From Frischella perrara (GTDB taxonomy: Bacteria; Pseudomonadota; Gammaproteobacteria; Enterobacterales; Orbaceae), in assembly GCF_000807275.1 (NCBI RefSeq), contig NZ_CP009056.1:991192-1055191 (forward strand): a stretch of DNA of 64,000 nucleotides, given 5' to 3'. The notes beneath the pieces were generated by a model, which saw only the letters and a list, made by a program, of their open reading frames with translations, made no database searches and had not been told where the DNA came from. The position numbers and the translations under genes are program-made. Shown piece by piece: positions 1 to 9,374 of the stretch; position 1 is the stretch's first letter, and every line of letters begins with the position of its first letter.

Positions 1-1251
1 ATTAAGATTGATTGGTTAATTGTGGATCATTATGCTATTGATTCTCGTTGGGAAGAAATAGTAAAACCTTATGTTCAAAAAATTATGATAATTGATGATC
101 TTGCGGACCGTCAGCATGATTGTGATCTATTATTAGACCAAACATACCAAAGAAATAAAACAGCATATGATAATAACAAAGTAAAATCGCAACACTATCT
201 TCTTGGTTCAAAATATTGTTTATTAAGAAACGAATTTTTGGAAAATAGAAATAAAACTTTGCAATACTTTGATCACGAATATATTGATGATACATCTAAA
301 CGTATATTGATAAGTATGGGTGGCGTAGATAAAGATAATATAACAGGAAAAATATTAGATAGTTTAAGTGATATTAATTTATTGCCTGACGATGAATTGC
401 ATATCATTATGGGAAAAAATGCTAAATGGTTAACTAATATTAAAAACACTGTTATGAATTTTAAATGCAAGACTTATGTCTATCATGATATTAGGAATGT
501 GGCTGAAATTATGTCTAGATGTAATCTAGCAATCGGAGCAGGAGGCACAACTACTTGGGAACGATGTAGTTTGGGCTTACCCTCAATTATAATTTCAATA
601 GCAGAAAATCAAAATTTAATCATAGAAGAATTAGTTAAATGTGGTGCTAGTTGGTTTGCTGGTAGAGCAACGAGTTTGAATAAATCAACTCTTGAATCAA
701 TAATCAAGCACGCAATTTTCGATAAATTTTCTTTATATTCGTTAAGTAAAATTTGTCGAGATATTTGTGATGGTTATGGCACTAAAAGAGTGGTTAATAT
801 TATGCTATCAAATGAGTTTAATTTTGATTTTATAACTGAAGACGATATACCAATTCTTTATCAATGGCGTAATCACGAACATACACGAAAAATGTCATTT
901 AATTCATCCCCTATAATTTATCAAGATCATGTTAACTGGATGAAAAATAAGCTAAAAGATGAAAGTTTTGTTTTTTTAAAGATAATAAATTTTCAACAAG
1001 AAACTATTGGTTGTATCCGTTTATTTTTAAATAATGATGAGTCAGAAATATCCATTTATTTAGATCCTGATAAGTTAGGAGAAGGATTAGGAAGTCGTAT
1101 TTTATGTCAGTTTACTCCTTGGGTTAAAGAAAATTTGCCACAAATAAAATATATAAAAGCTAGAATAAAGAGTGAGAATAAGGCTTCAATAAAGGTTTTC
1201 GAGAGGTCTGGTTATAAAATGATTAGTTCAGATTATATCTTAAATTTATAG
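1..1251 (+). CDS. Probable bifunctional pseudaminic acid biosynthesis protein: PseG-like UDP-sugar hydrolase (GT28 C-terminal-like fold) fused to a C-terminal GNAT N-acetyltransferase (PseH-like). The reading frame is open to the window start, so the 5' end is probably truncated.
   Basis: ORF 22..1251 continues in-frame back to base 1. The N-terminal ~270 aa carry PseG-like motifs (ISMGGVDKDN..., AIGAGGTTTWERCSLGLPSIII). The C-terminal ~130 aa look like a GNAT fold (WRNHEHTRKMSF..., IGCIRLF). It is adjacent to a NeuB/PseI homologue. Confidence 0.55.
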   Translation: MKIDWLIVDHYAIDSRWEEIVKPYVQKIMIIDDLADRQHDCDLLLDQTYQRNKTAYDNNKVKSQHYLLGSKYCLLRNEFLENRNKTLQYFDHEYIDDTSKRILISMGGVDKDNITGKILDSLSDINLLPDDELHIIMGKNAKWLTNIKNTVMNFKCKTYVYHDIRNVAEIMSRCNLAIGAGGTTTWERCSLGLPSIIISIAENQNLIIEELVKCGASWFAGRATSLNKSTLESIIKHAIFDKFSLYSLSKICRDICDGYGTKRVVNIMLSNEFNFDFITEDDIPILYQWRNHEHTRKMSFNSSPIIYQDHVNWMKNKLKDESFVFLKIINFQQETIGCIRLFLNNDESEISIYLDPDKLGEGLGSRILCQFTPWVKENLPQIKYIKARIKSENKASIKVFERSGYKMISSDYILNL

Positions 1252-1260
1252 GATTATAAA

Positions 1261-2310
1261 ATGAGAAATATAGAAATAAATAATAGAAAAATCGGAAGGA
1301 ATTTTCCACCCTATATAATTGCGGAATTATCAGCTAACCATAATGGTGAAATCCAAAGAGCTTTTGAGATTATGTTGGCTGCAAAAAAAGCGGGCGCAGA
1401 TGCAATTAAATTACAAACTTATACTGCCGATACAATAACTTTAGATTGTAATAGTGAAGAGTTTCAAATTCATGGGGGTTTGTGGGATGGCAAGAATTTG
1501 TATGAACTTTATAAATGGGCACAAATGCCATGGGAATGGCATAAACCTTTATTTGATAAAGCTAAAGAATTAGATATAACAATATTTAGCTCACCATTTG
1601 ATTTTACAGCTGTTGATCTACTAGAAGATTTAAATGCCCCAGCCTATAAAATAGCATCTTTTGAATGCATTGATCTACCACTTATAAAATATGTTGCATC
1701 AACGGGTAAACCAATGATTATATCCACTGGTATGGCTAATGATCATGAGATTGAAGAAGCGATACAAACAGCAAAAGAGAACGGGTGTAGTCAATTAGCA
1801 GTATTACACTGCGTAAGTGGTTATCCCGCACCAGCAGAAGATTATAATTTATTAACTATACCAGATATGGCTAAACGATTTGATGTACTCACGGGCTTAT
1901 CTGATCATACCATAGATAACACTACAGCAATTACATCAATAGCATTAGGTGCATGTATAATTGAAAAACATGTTACATTAGATCGCAAAGGTGGAGGACC
2001 TGATGATAGTTTTTCTCTTGAGCCAAGGGAACTTGAACAATTATGCAATGATAGCAAAATTGCTTGGCAAGCCTTAGGGGGCATCAACTATGAAAGAAAA
2101 GAGAGTGAAAAAAGTAATGTAAAATTTAGACGTTCTTTATACGTAGTTAAAGATATTAAGAAAGGTGAAAAGTTGACACCAGATAATATTAGAAGTATTC
2201 GACCGGGTTTTGGACTTGCACCAAAACACTATGAAAAAATACTAAATAAAATTGCAAAGCAAGATCTCTATAGGGGAACTGCACTGAGGCTAGAACACAT
2301 TTTAGATTAA
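1261..2310 (+). CDS. pseI: Pseudaminic acid synthase / N-acetylneuraminate synthase family (NeuB/PseI)
   Basis: 349 aa. Motifs IIAELSANHNG, AGADAIKLQTY, and a C-terminal SAF/antifreeze-like domain typical of the NeuB family. A 9-bp gap from the upstream gene suggests an operon. Confidence 0.8.
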   Translation: MRNIEINNRKIGRNFPPYIIAELSANHNGEIQRAFEIMLAAKKAGADAIKLQTYTADTITLDCNSEEFQIHGGLWDGKNLYELYKWAQMPWEWHKPLFDKAKELDITIFSSPFDFTAVDLLEDLNAPAYKIASFECIDLPLIKYVASTGKPMIISTGMANDHEIEEAIQTAKENGCSQLAVLHCVSGYPAPAEDYNLLTIPDMAKRFDVLTGLSDHTIDNTTAITSIALGACIIEKHVTLDRKGGGPDDSFSLEPRELEQLCNDSKIAWQALGGINYERKESEKSNVKFRRSLYVVKDIKKGEKLTPDNIRSIRPGFGLAPKHYEKILNKIAKQDLYRGTALRLEHILD

Positions 2311-2551
2311 TTTTATATGCACTCTAATTTTAAATATAATTATAAGATAAATTTTTTATCTTTTTATTGATGTCTTGTTTACTATTAAATATTGATGTTA
2401 ACAAATTCTGAATAAAATCATTAATACAATAAAATAGAATATATTATCGGTTTTTAAAAACATTATTGATCAATTTGATCAGATAAATATCAAATTTTAA
2501 ATAGTAAATGTATATAAATATACTAGAACCAGTTATTGAGGAAATTAATTT

Positions 2552-3349
2552 ATGGGTAATATACCCAAAAAGATTCACTATGTTTGGATTGGAGAATCTC
2601 CAAAATCTGAATTTATTTTGAAATGTATTGAAAGTTGGAAGAAACATTTACCCGATTTTGAAATCAAGGAGTGGGGAAATGATAGTCTTTTGAAAATAGA
2701 AAACCGTTATGCTATAGAAGCATATAATAATAAAAAGTGGGCTTTTGTTTCCGATTATATTAGGTTATATGCTTTATTTCATGAAGGTGGTATATATTTA
2801 GATACGGATGTAGAAATAACTAATAAATTTGATGAATTTTTGAATTTAGATTTTTTCACGTGTAATGAAAAACATAATAATTCATGTTTACCAGTTACAT
2901 CAGCTGTTATGGGAGCTAAAAAAGGAAATAGAATAATCAAGGATATATTAAATATATATGATGGCTTGGAATTTAAAATTAACGATAAATTTGATTTGAC
3001 TCCTAATACAGTCAGAATTACAGAATACTTTAAAACAACTTTTAACATATTACCTCCCTATTTCCCTTCAACTCAAATTCAATTAGTGGAAAATTCTATT
3101 ATTTTTCCATCATCTCATTTTTGCAATTCTGAAATAAATAAAAATAATTACGCTATACATCATTTCATGGGCTCATGGTTACCCGATTATGATAGAAGAG
3201 ATAAGTTTTCAATTTTCAATAAATTTGTTCTTACAAGATTCAAGATTAGAAGAGATACTAAAAATTATGGTTTAAAAGAAAAAGAGAGAATTTTGTTAAA
3301 ATTTAAAGTATCTTCAAAAAAGGTATTTGCTTTAATTTTAAGAAAGTAA
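2552..3349 (+). CDS. Glycosyltransferase with a DXD motif (Gly_transf_sug / GT32-like, OCH1-type)
   Basis: 265 aa. N-terminal IPKKIHYVWIG, followed by YLDTDVE (DXD). GAGG ribosome-binding site about 10 nt upstream. Flanked by very AT-rich spacers. Confidence 0.6.
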   Translation: MGNIPKKIHYVWIGESPKSEFILKCIESWKKHLPDFEIKEWGNDSLLKIENRYAIEAYNNKKWAFVSDYIRLYALFHEGGIYLDTDVEITNKFDEFLNLDFFTCNEKHNNSCLPVTSAVMGAKKGNRIIKDILNIYDGLEFKINDKFDLTPNTVRITEYFKTTFNILPPYFPSTQIQLVENSIIFPSSHFCNSEINKNNYAIHHFMGSWLPDYDRRDKFSIFNKFVLTRFKIRRDTKNYGLKEKERILLKFKVSSKKVFALILRK

Positions 3350-3620
3350 TAAGTAGTTAATGTTATGCAATTATTATCTGTTTTGACTATTTTCATATTT
3401 AATTAGAAATTAATAAATAATAATGTAATTTTGTATAATGTAGAATTTTTTAAAATTAAAAATCTGCTTTATTAATGAATATATATAGTACTTATAATAT
3501 TAAATTGTGATAAGAAAATAACAGAAATCGTTTTTAATTAATAATGGTATGTTTTTAGTAACAATTTTTAAATATTATTGAAATCAGTTTATCAAGCAAT
3601 ATTAAATAATTAGGAAATTT

Positions 3621-4637
3621 ATGTATTTTGACCAAAACCAAGTTATTTCAGAAGTATTTCATTTTGACCATAGCAATGAAAATAACGAGGTATTTCATAT
3701 AGCCTATGGTGTTGATAAAAATTTTTTATTTGGATGTGTGACATCAATTACTTCTATATTGCTTAATAATACCAAACAAGAATTCCATTTCCATATTTTT
3801 AGTGATTATCTTGATGACGATTTCAAAAAAAGAATTGAGTTATTAGCTAAACAATATCGATCTAAAATTTCAGTTTATATTGTTAATTGCCAAGAATTAA
3901 AAAGATTACCATCAACTAAAAATTGGTCCTATGCCACTTATTTTCGTTTTATCATCGCTGATATTTTGTACCCTGCAATTGATAGATTGCTTTATATTGA
4001 TGCAGATATTATTTGTAAAGGTTCACTTGGGGAACTTATAAAGTTAGATATTAATGAATTTCTCGTTGCAGCAGTCAAAGAAAAAGATATTTCATGGTGG
4101 CAAAAATGTGCCAAACGGCTAGAAATCGATAATTTGTCACAGGGTTATTTTAATGCTGGATTTTTGTATATTAATTTGGAGAATTGGCAAAAAGAAGGTG
4201 TCAGCAGTAAAGCGATGAAACTTCTAGAACAAGAGAGCGTAAAAAGTAAATTAGATTATCTTGATCAAGATTTACTTAATATGATTATGGTCAATAATGT
4301 CTTCTTTCTGGATAAACGATATAACTGTCAATACAGTATTAATTATGAATTAAAAGTTCCCAATGGCACTTACTACAAAAATCCAATTGAAGATTCAACA
4401 ATATTTATTCATTATATTGGACCGACTAAACCATGGCACGAATGGGCAGGAAATTATCCTTGTTCAAAATATTTTATTGAGGCTAAAAATAATTCCCCTT
4501 GGAAAGACAGTACTTTATTAAGTGCTAAGAATGCTAATCAATGGCGATATTGCGCAAAACATAAATTCCATCAAGGCAAAAATGTTGCTGGTTTGATTGG
4601 TTATTTTAAATACTATTGGTTTAAAATCGTTCGCTAA
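3621..4637 (+). CDS. GT8-family LPS glycosyltransferase (WaaI/WaaJ/WaaR-like alpha-1,2/1,3 gluco- or galactosyltransferase)
   Basis: 338 aa. HIAYGVDKNF...YIDADIICKGSLGEL (DXD) and FNAGFLYINL motifs characteristic of RfaI/RfaJ GT8 enzymes. Confidence 0.75.
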   Translation: MYFDQNQVISEVFHFDHSNENNEVFHIAYGVDKNFLFGCVTSITSILLNNTKQEFHFHIFSDYLDDDFKKRIELLAKQYRSKISVYIVNCQELKRLPSTKNWSYATYFRFIIADILYPAIDRLLYIDADIICKGSLGELIKLDINEFLVAAVKEKDISWWQKCAKRLEIDNLSQGYFNAGFLYINLENWQKEGVSSKAMKLLEQESVKSKLDYLDQDLLNMIMVNNVFFLDKRYNCQYSINYELKVPNGTYYKNPIEDSTIFIHYIGPTKPWHEWAGNYPCSKYFIEAKNNSPWKDSTLLSAKNANQWRYCAKHKFHQGKNVAGLIGYFKYYWFKIVR

Positions 4638-4718
4638 AAACTATTTAGTCATTATTATTTCTAATTTTATTATCATCTAATTTTTAGATGTTTTGTATTA
4701 ATTAACATATCTGATCAT

Positions 4719-4747
4719 AAGGTAACTAGGCATCGGCTAGTTACCTT
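4719..4747. terminator. Stem-loop with an 11-bp perfect stem between two convergent genes (GT8 gene and waaP). No clear U-tract on either strand.
   Basis: aaggtaactag-gcatcgg-ctagttacctt inverted repeat. Confidence 0.35.
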
Positions 4748-4755
4748 AAAAATAA

Positions 4756-5553
4756 CTACAACCCTTTGCGTTCAGTACGAATTCTAATTTTTTCAGCTTT
4801 CATTTCTAAATTGCTGAGAAAAGCATGCTCTTCTTTAAAAATAGTTTTCAACGGTTTATTGAAATATATTTTCATGAATCTTAAATAATCTCTTGGTGTT
4901 AATCCAATATGCGTAGATGAAAAATAAAGTCCAATTAAGTCTTTATTTCGCCAGCGGATTGGTACATGTTTACGAATTTGAGCACGATGTAAATCGATGA
5001 TTGAAAGTTTAATTTGATTAGTTTGTTTTAAAACATTTAAATCTAACAAAAAGTGACAAATATAATAATCACGATGATTAACACCTGCTTGATGCATTTT
5101 ATGTGTCATTTTAGCAATTGTTGTTACTATTTGCTTTTTTTGATGATAAGAAGGGGGATTAGTTAACCAATTAGCACAGAAGTCTTCCAAACTAATTGCA
5201 GGATTAAGATCTTTAGTAATAATAAATGATGTTCTAGTTAAGGGATTTAACCCTTTACGTCCAAATGCGACGCCTGTCATGGTATTGACACCAACTTCTT
5301 TCAATTTATGTATAGCATCCCATTCTTGTTTAGCATCTAATACAGGTAATCTTAGTGAAATTAAATTTTTCAAGATTTCTTTAAGGGTTGTTCCATGATG
5401 AATTTTTATAAAATACGAACCATCAGCTATTTTAAAATTAAAACATTTGCGTTGTTCAACAGCTCGATATACGGTACCTGATAAATGATTAATTTCATTA
5501 AAAGGATCTTTATTTTGCCAAAGTTTTGAAAATGGAGGGCGTAATTCAATCAT
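4756..5553 (-). CDS. waaP: LPS core heptose(I) kinase WaaP/RfaP
   Basis: 265 aa. Strong similarity to the WaaP family (ELRPPF..., GVNHRDYYICHFLLD, IDLHRAQIR). Overlaps waaG by 8 bp, as in waaG-waaP operons. Confidence 0.8.
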   Translation of the reverse strand: MIELRPPFSKLWQNKDPFNEINHLSGTVYRAVEQRKCFNFKIADGSYFIKIHHGTTLKEILKNLISLRLPVLDAKQEWDAIHKLKEVGVNTMTGVAFGRKGLNPLTRTSFIITKDLNPAISLEDFCANWLTNPPSYHQKKQIVTTIAKMTHKMHQAGVNHRDYYICHFLLDLNVLKQTNQIKLSIIDLHRAQIRKHVPIRWRNKDLIGLYFSSTHIGLTPRDYLRFMKIYFNKPLKTIFKEEHAFLSNLEMKAEKIRIRTERKGL

Positions 5554-6667
5554 TTTTTGATTCCAATATAATGTCGGCTGCCTTTTCGGCTAGATGATAT
5601 AGATCTTGGGTTTGACCATAATTGATTGCATTTTGATGCCATTGAAGTCGTTTTCTCTGATTAGCTAAGGCTTCTAAAAGCGCTAAATTTAATTCATTTT
5701 GTTCATATGGCGCTTTGATCAATTGACCGGCATTAGCTTGTTGCACATGAAATGCATAGCCACTGACGGAAGTGACGATTACCGGAACACCTGCTGCTAA
5801 TGCTTCAATAAGCACAATTCCTGCTGCTTCTTGCCTAGCAGGATGGATTAATAAATCTGAAGAAAATAGAAAATCTGGAATATCATCCCGACCACTATAA
5901 AATCTTACTCTGTTCTCAATACCTAGTTTTTTAGCCAACTGTAAATATTTATTTGGATTATCTTGTCCTACGACTAAATAAAGTACTTTGTGTTTCAATG
6001 ATTCCGGTAAATTGGCTATAGCTGTTAAGCTACGATCGACGCCTTTACGTTTGAAATCAGAGCCAATTTGAGTAATAACAAGGATGTGATCTTCAATACC
6101 ATTTTTCTGCCTGAATTGCTGTCTTCTCAATAGTGAATTTTCATTATATTGGCGATTTTTAGCAATACCCGGTGGCAACATAAAAAATTGCTGCTTTGGT
6201 GTATGATAGTAATGTGTAAAGTCATCAATTTGCGTTTGAGTTAATACTAGAAACTTTGTATGCTGATTGGTAAATACACTTTTCTCAAAAGCTAAATAAT
6301 GTCGACAGCGATTAGTTATACGATATAAATAAGATTTTTCCGTGAAGACTTTTTTAGCAAAACAAGTATCCGCGGCGTAATAGATATCCAGATTAGGCAT
6401 CTTATTAAAACCAATAATACGATCAACTGGGTGATTAATTAAATGCTGTTGCATCCACTTAGAATAGTTGGTATTACGTCCATGATTGGTAAACCCTTTA
6501 CGGGGAACTATGACTATTTTCATACCATCAGGTTTATCACCTTGCCATGTCATAGTATAAATGATGATTTCATGACCTCTTTTTTGGCACTCTTTCGCGA
6601 TTTGAAGAAAATCACGTTGTAAACCACCATAAGGAAAATATTTATAGAGGCAAAATGCCAACTTCAT
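5546..6667 (-). CDS. waaG: LPS glucosyltransferase I WaaG/RfaG (GT4)
   Basis: 373 aa. The N-terminus MKLAFCLYKYFPYGGLQRDF is nearly identical to the E. coli WaaG N-terminus. GT4 C-terminal EAAGIVLIEALAAGVPV motif. Confidence 0.85.
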   Translation of the reverse strand: MKLAFCLYKYFPYGGLQRDFLQIAKECQKRGHEIIIYTMTWQGDKPDGMKIVIVPRKGFTNHGRNTNYSKWMQQHLINHPVDRIIGFNKMPNLDIYYAADTCFAKKVFTEKSYLYRITNRCRHYLAFEKSVFTNQHTKFLVLTQTQIDDFTHYYHTPKQQFFMLPPGIAKNRQYNENSLLRRQQFRQKNGIEDHILVITQIGSDFKRKGVDRSLTAIANLPESLKHKVLYLVVGQDNPNKYLQLAKKLGIENRVRFYSGRDDIPDFLFSSDLLIHPARQEAAGIVLIEALAAGVPVIVTSVSGYAFHVQQANAGQLIKAPYEQNELNLALLEALANQRKRLQWHQNAINYGQTQDLYHLAEKAADIILESKND

Positions 6668-6730
6668 GTTTATCCTCGATTGTATTTATCAAATAAAATT
6701 GTTGATTATTGGTTAATATGTAGATAATCG

Positions 6731-6756
6731 TTGTTATTTATAACAGTAAATAACAA
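6731..6756. promoter_or_regulatory. 10-bp perfect inverted repeat (ttgttattta-N6-taaataacaa) in the divergent waaG/waaY intergenic region. Candidate regulator operator.
   Basis: Palindrome read directly from the sequence. Lies in a 368-bp AT-rich divergent promoter region. Confidence 0.25.
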
Positions 6757-7035
6757 TGAATTTATTAATATTATCAATTATTATAGCTTAAAAATTTTTA
6801 ACTGTAATCTATGCTCATAATCAATACTTTGATTAATATATTAAATTTTATAATCAATATTTAACGTGATCGATGATATATAATAAATAAACAAAAAGAT
6901 GATGGTGGAATAGGTACAAAATGGCTTTTTATAAACAAAAAATAATTTTTTCATGGAAAATTAGTAAGTAATTCAGTAGTATTATAAACAATTTAATACT
7001 TTGAGTATTTCAAGATTTTTCAGGAATTTGATGAT

Positions 7036-7743
7036 ATGATTTTTAAAAAAAAGATAGGGGCGTTTACTGTTTTTGTAAAAGATAATAATAGTATTTATGA
7101 AAAGGCATTAAATGATTTCCTATCAGGGCGTATGAATATACTAAAATTACTTCGTAGCGAAGACGAAACTAAAGTTTGGTTAATTGATACGGAAAAAGGA
7201 CCAATGGTATTAAAACTATTTGTACCTAAACATCAAAAATTTGAGCGTATTCTAAAATCTTTAATTAAAAAAGATTATTATCAAAGCTTAATTTATAAAA
7301 CCGACAATGCTATTAGTCATGGTGCGACTATGATTAATGACATATATTTGTTAGCTCAGAGAAAAATCTGCAATTATGCATATGTACATATTATATTGAT
7401 GGAATATATTGACGGTACGCAAATTATTAATTTAGAACCGATTTCTGACGAATTAAAATCTGAAATTAAAGTTGTTTTAGAACAATTGCATACTTATGAT
7501 ATGGTTAGTGGTGCGCCACACAAAGAAAATACCATGGTAACTAAAGATGGCGTCAAATTTATTGATTTGTCAGGAAAACGCTGTACTTGTGTTAGTCGGG
7601 CCAAAGATAGAATGGAATTAGAAAGATACCTTGGTATAAAAAACTTGAAAAAAGACTGGGGCTATTATGTCTATATTTCTATAAAAAATACCAGAAATTC
7701 AATAAGAAATATTAGAAAAAAACTAGGATTAAGAAGACGTTAA
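7036..7743 (+). CDS. waaY: LPS core heptose(II) kinase WaaY/RfaY
   Basis: 235 aa. Near-colinear with E. coli WaaY: KVWLIDTEKG, YLLAQRK, MVSGAPHKEN, IDLSGKR...AKDRMELERYLGIKN. Confidence 0.75.
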   Translation: MIFKKKIGAFTVFVKDNNSIYEKALNDFLSGRMNILKLLRSEDETKVWLIDTEKGPMVLKLFVPKHQKFERILKSLIKKDYYQSLIYKTDNAISHGATMINDIYLLAQRKICNYAYVHIILMEYIDGTQIINLEPISDELKSEIKVVLEQLHTYDMVSGAPHKENTMVTKDGVKFIDLSGKRCTCVSRAKDRMELERYLGIKNLKKDWGYYVYISIKNTRNSIRNIRKKLGLRRR

Positions 7744-7811
7744 TTATAACTGTATCATTTTTGAGTTTTGTAGATTAATTAAAATCTACATACTCGAATA
7801 ACTATTATTTT

Positions 7812-8414
7812 CTATTTTTTTGCTAGATAGGCTGAGACTAATGCAAAATTCTCTCTTTCAATATCTTTTATAAATCGTTGCCATTTTCTGTTTATAGATT
7901 TTTTTGCTAAAAAATGGCAATAATTATCGATTTTTATTAGTTTTGAGTTACCAATATTATCAATGATTACAAGTCGGTTACCACAATTCCGTCTTTGATA
8001 CAGAATATTTTTACTTTTAATAGTCATCGTGATGATACGATCGTTAACTAATGCTTTTTTTAAATTTATTAAGGCAGTTGTAAGTTCATTTAACTCATGT
8101 GCATTAAGTGATTGCTTAAGATAATTTTCCAAAGAAATCGATATTGAATTGTCATCATCACGAATTAAATCATAAACATGTCCAATGCCTAAATCTGTAT
8201 CAACAGAACCATAGTACTTTGATAAACATTCCCAGCTAATTTGTCGTTTAAGGAGGTGTTTGTAATATTTAACTTCCCGATTGGTTTCAATATCAGCACC
8301 AATATTATAATTAATTTTGATGCATTTAAATGGATCTTCAGGATGAATATAACACTTACGGTGCAGACCTTTGCCGATATAGTTTTCAAGGGAAAAGTGA
8401 ATAGTTTTTTTCAT
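7812..8414 (-). CDS. YrbL family protein (PhoP regulatory network protein, kinase-like fold)
   Basis: 200 aa. GKGLHRKCYIHPEDPFKCIKI..., DIETNREVKYYKHL..., ITMTIKSKNIL motifs match the YrbL family (PF10707). Confidence 0.7.
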   Translation of the reverse strand: MKKTIHFSLENYIGKGLHRKCYIHPEDPFKCIKINYNIGADIETNREVKYYKHLLKRQISWECLSKYYGSVDTDLGIGHVYDLIRDDDNSISISLENYLKQSLNAHELNELTTALINLKKALVNDRIITMTIKSKNILYQRRNCGNRLVIIDNIGNSKLIKIDNYCHFLAKKSINRKWQRFIKDIERENFALVSAYLAKK

Positions 8415-8450
8415 GATTTTAAACCAATATTAAAGCAATACACATGATGA

Positions 8451-9137
8451 TTATTTTTTATTTCTTAATTTTCGGGATAGTTTTATCCATTTATCCCTTA
8501 ATCCAACAAGATGATATAATATACCCGGTCTATTATTCAAATTAATATTATAAAAACGTTTTAGATGACGTGCATCTTTAGCTTTTGCAATACAAAACAT
8601 ACCATTATCTGATAAATCAATGATTTTAATTTCATTATTATCAGTCAACAATATATTAAATGGATTTAGATCGCATGATGCCAATCCAAACTGATGGAGC
8701 TGTTTTACCGCTTCTTTTATCTTAGTTTGATAGGGTGAATAATCCTCGCCAAAATTTTTAATAGGCACACCTTCTACATATTCACTCAAAAGATAAGTTT
8801 CTAGAATATTTCCTTTCTTTCTTTGTGCAACTACGTAGATACTACCAACGAGTTTACATCCCATTTGTTTTGCCTTTTCAATACGTTTCATCAAATTAGG
8901 ATAAAATGTACCTTGAAATTTCAATTTAATTTTTTGATCTAAATGATTAATCTTTTCACAATCCCATTTAATGGTATATTTTTTATTTTCAATTTCTATT
9001 AGCCAAACTGCTCGTGTTTTTTTTTCTGTCAGTACTTGATAAGAAATCTGGTTATCGAAAAATTGACTTAAAATATTGACGTAATAGTTGTCAACACTTT
9101 GTACTGTAAAATCATTTAAGTTGATAGGTTTAATCAT
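8451..9137 (-). CDS. Lipopolysaccharide kinase family protein (second WaaY-like / Kdo-kinase-like paralogue)
   Basis: 228 aa. The C-terminal IKIIDLSDNGMFCIAKAKDARHLKRFYNINL parallels the WaaY IDLSGKR...AKDR..ERYLGIK region. VVAQRKKGNILETYLLSEYVEG matches the kinase hinge. Confidence 0.55.
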   Translation of the reverse strand: MIKPINLNDFTVQSVDNYYVNILSQFFDNQISYQVLTEKKTRAVWLIEIENKKYTIKWDCEKINHLDQKIKLKFQGTFYPNLMKRIEKAKQMGCKLVGSIYVVAQRKKGNILETYLLSEYVEGVPIKNFGEDYSPYQTKIKEAVKQLHQFGLASCDLNPFNILLTDNNEIKIIDLSDNGMFCIAKAKDARHLKRFYNINLNNRPGILYHLVGLRDKWIKLSRKLRNKK

Positions 9138-9374
9138 AAATCGTTGTTTATATAATACTCATTATTGTTAACTAGATTAATTTTAACATGTTTCATGATG
9201 AAATTGCTTTGTAAAATAAATCTTTTATTAATAAAGAGAATATTATTTTGTTGTAAATCATTTTAAAACTATTCATCTTAATACTTTTTAAAAGAAAAAA
9301 GGTATTATTCATGAATAAATAATACCTAGAAGATGTTTATTGTGGTTACAATGATTGAAAATAAGATCTAATTT

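Noticed and set aside
83-470. Two short minus-strand ORFs inside the PseG-like region
   Set aside because: Antisense to a CDS with clear family motifs. AT-rich random frames.
8189-8447. Small overlapping ORFs (66 aa minus, 68 aa plus) inside or next to the YrbL-family gene
   Set aside because: They lie within or antisense to a well-supported CDS, have low-complexity AT-rich translations and no ribosome-binding site.
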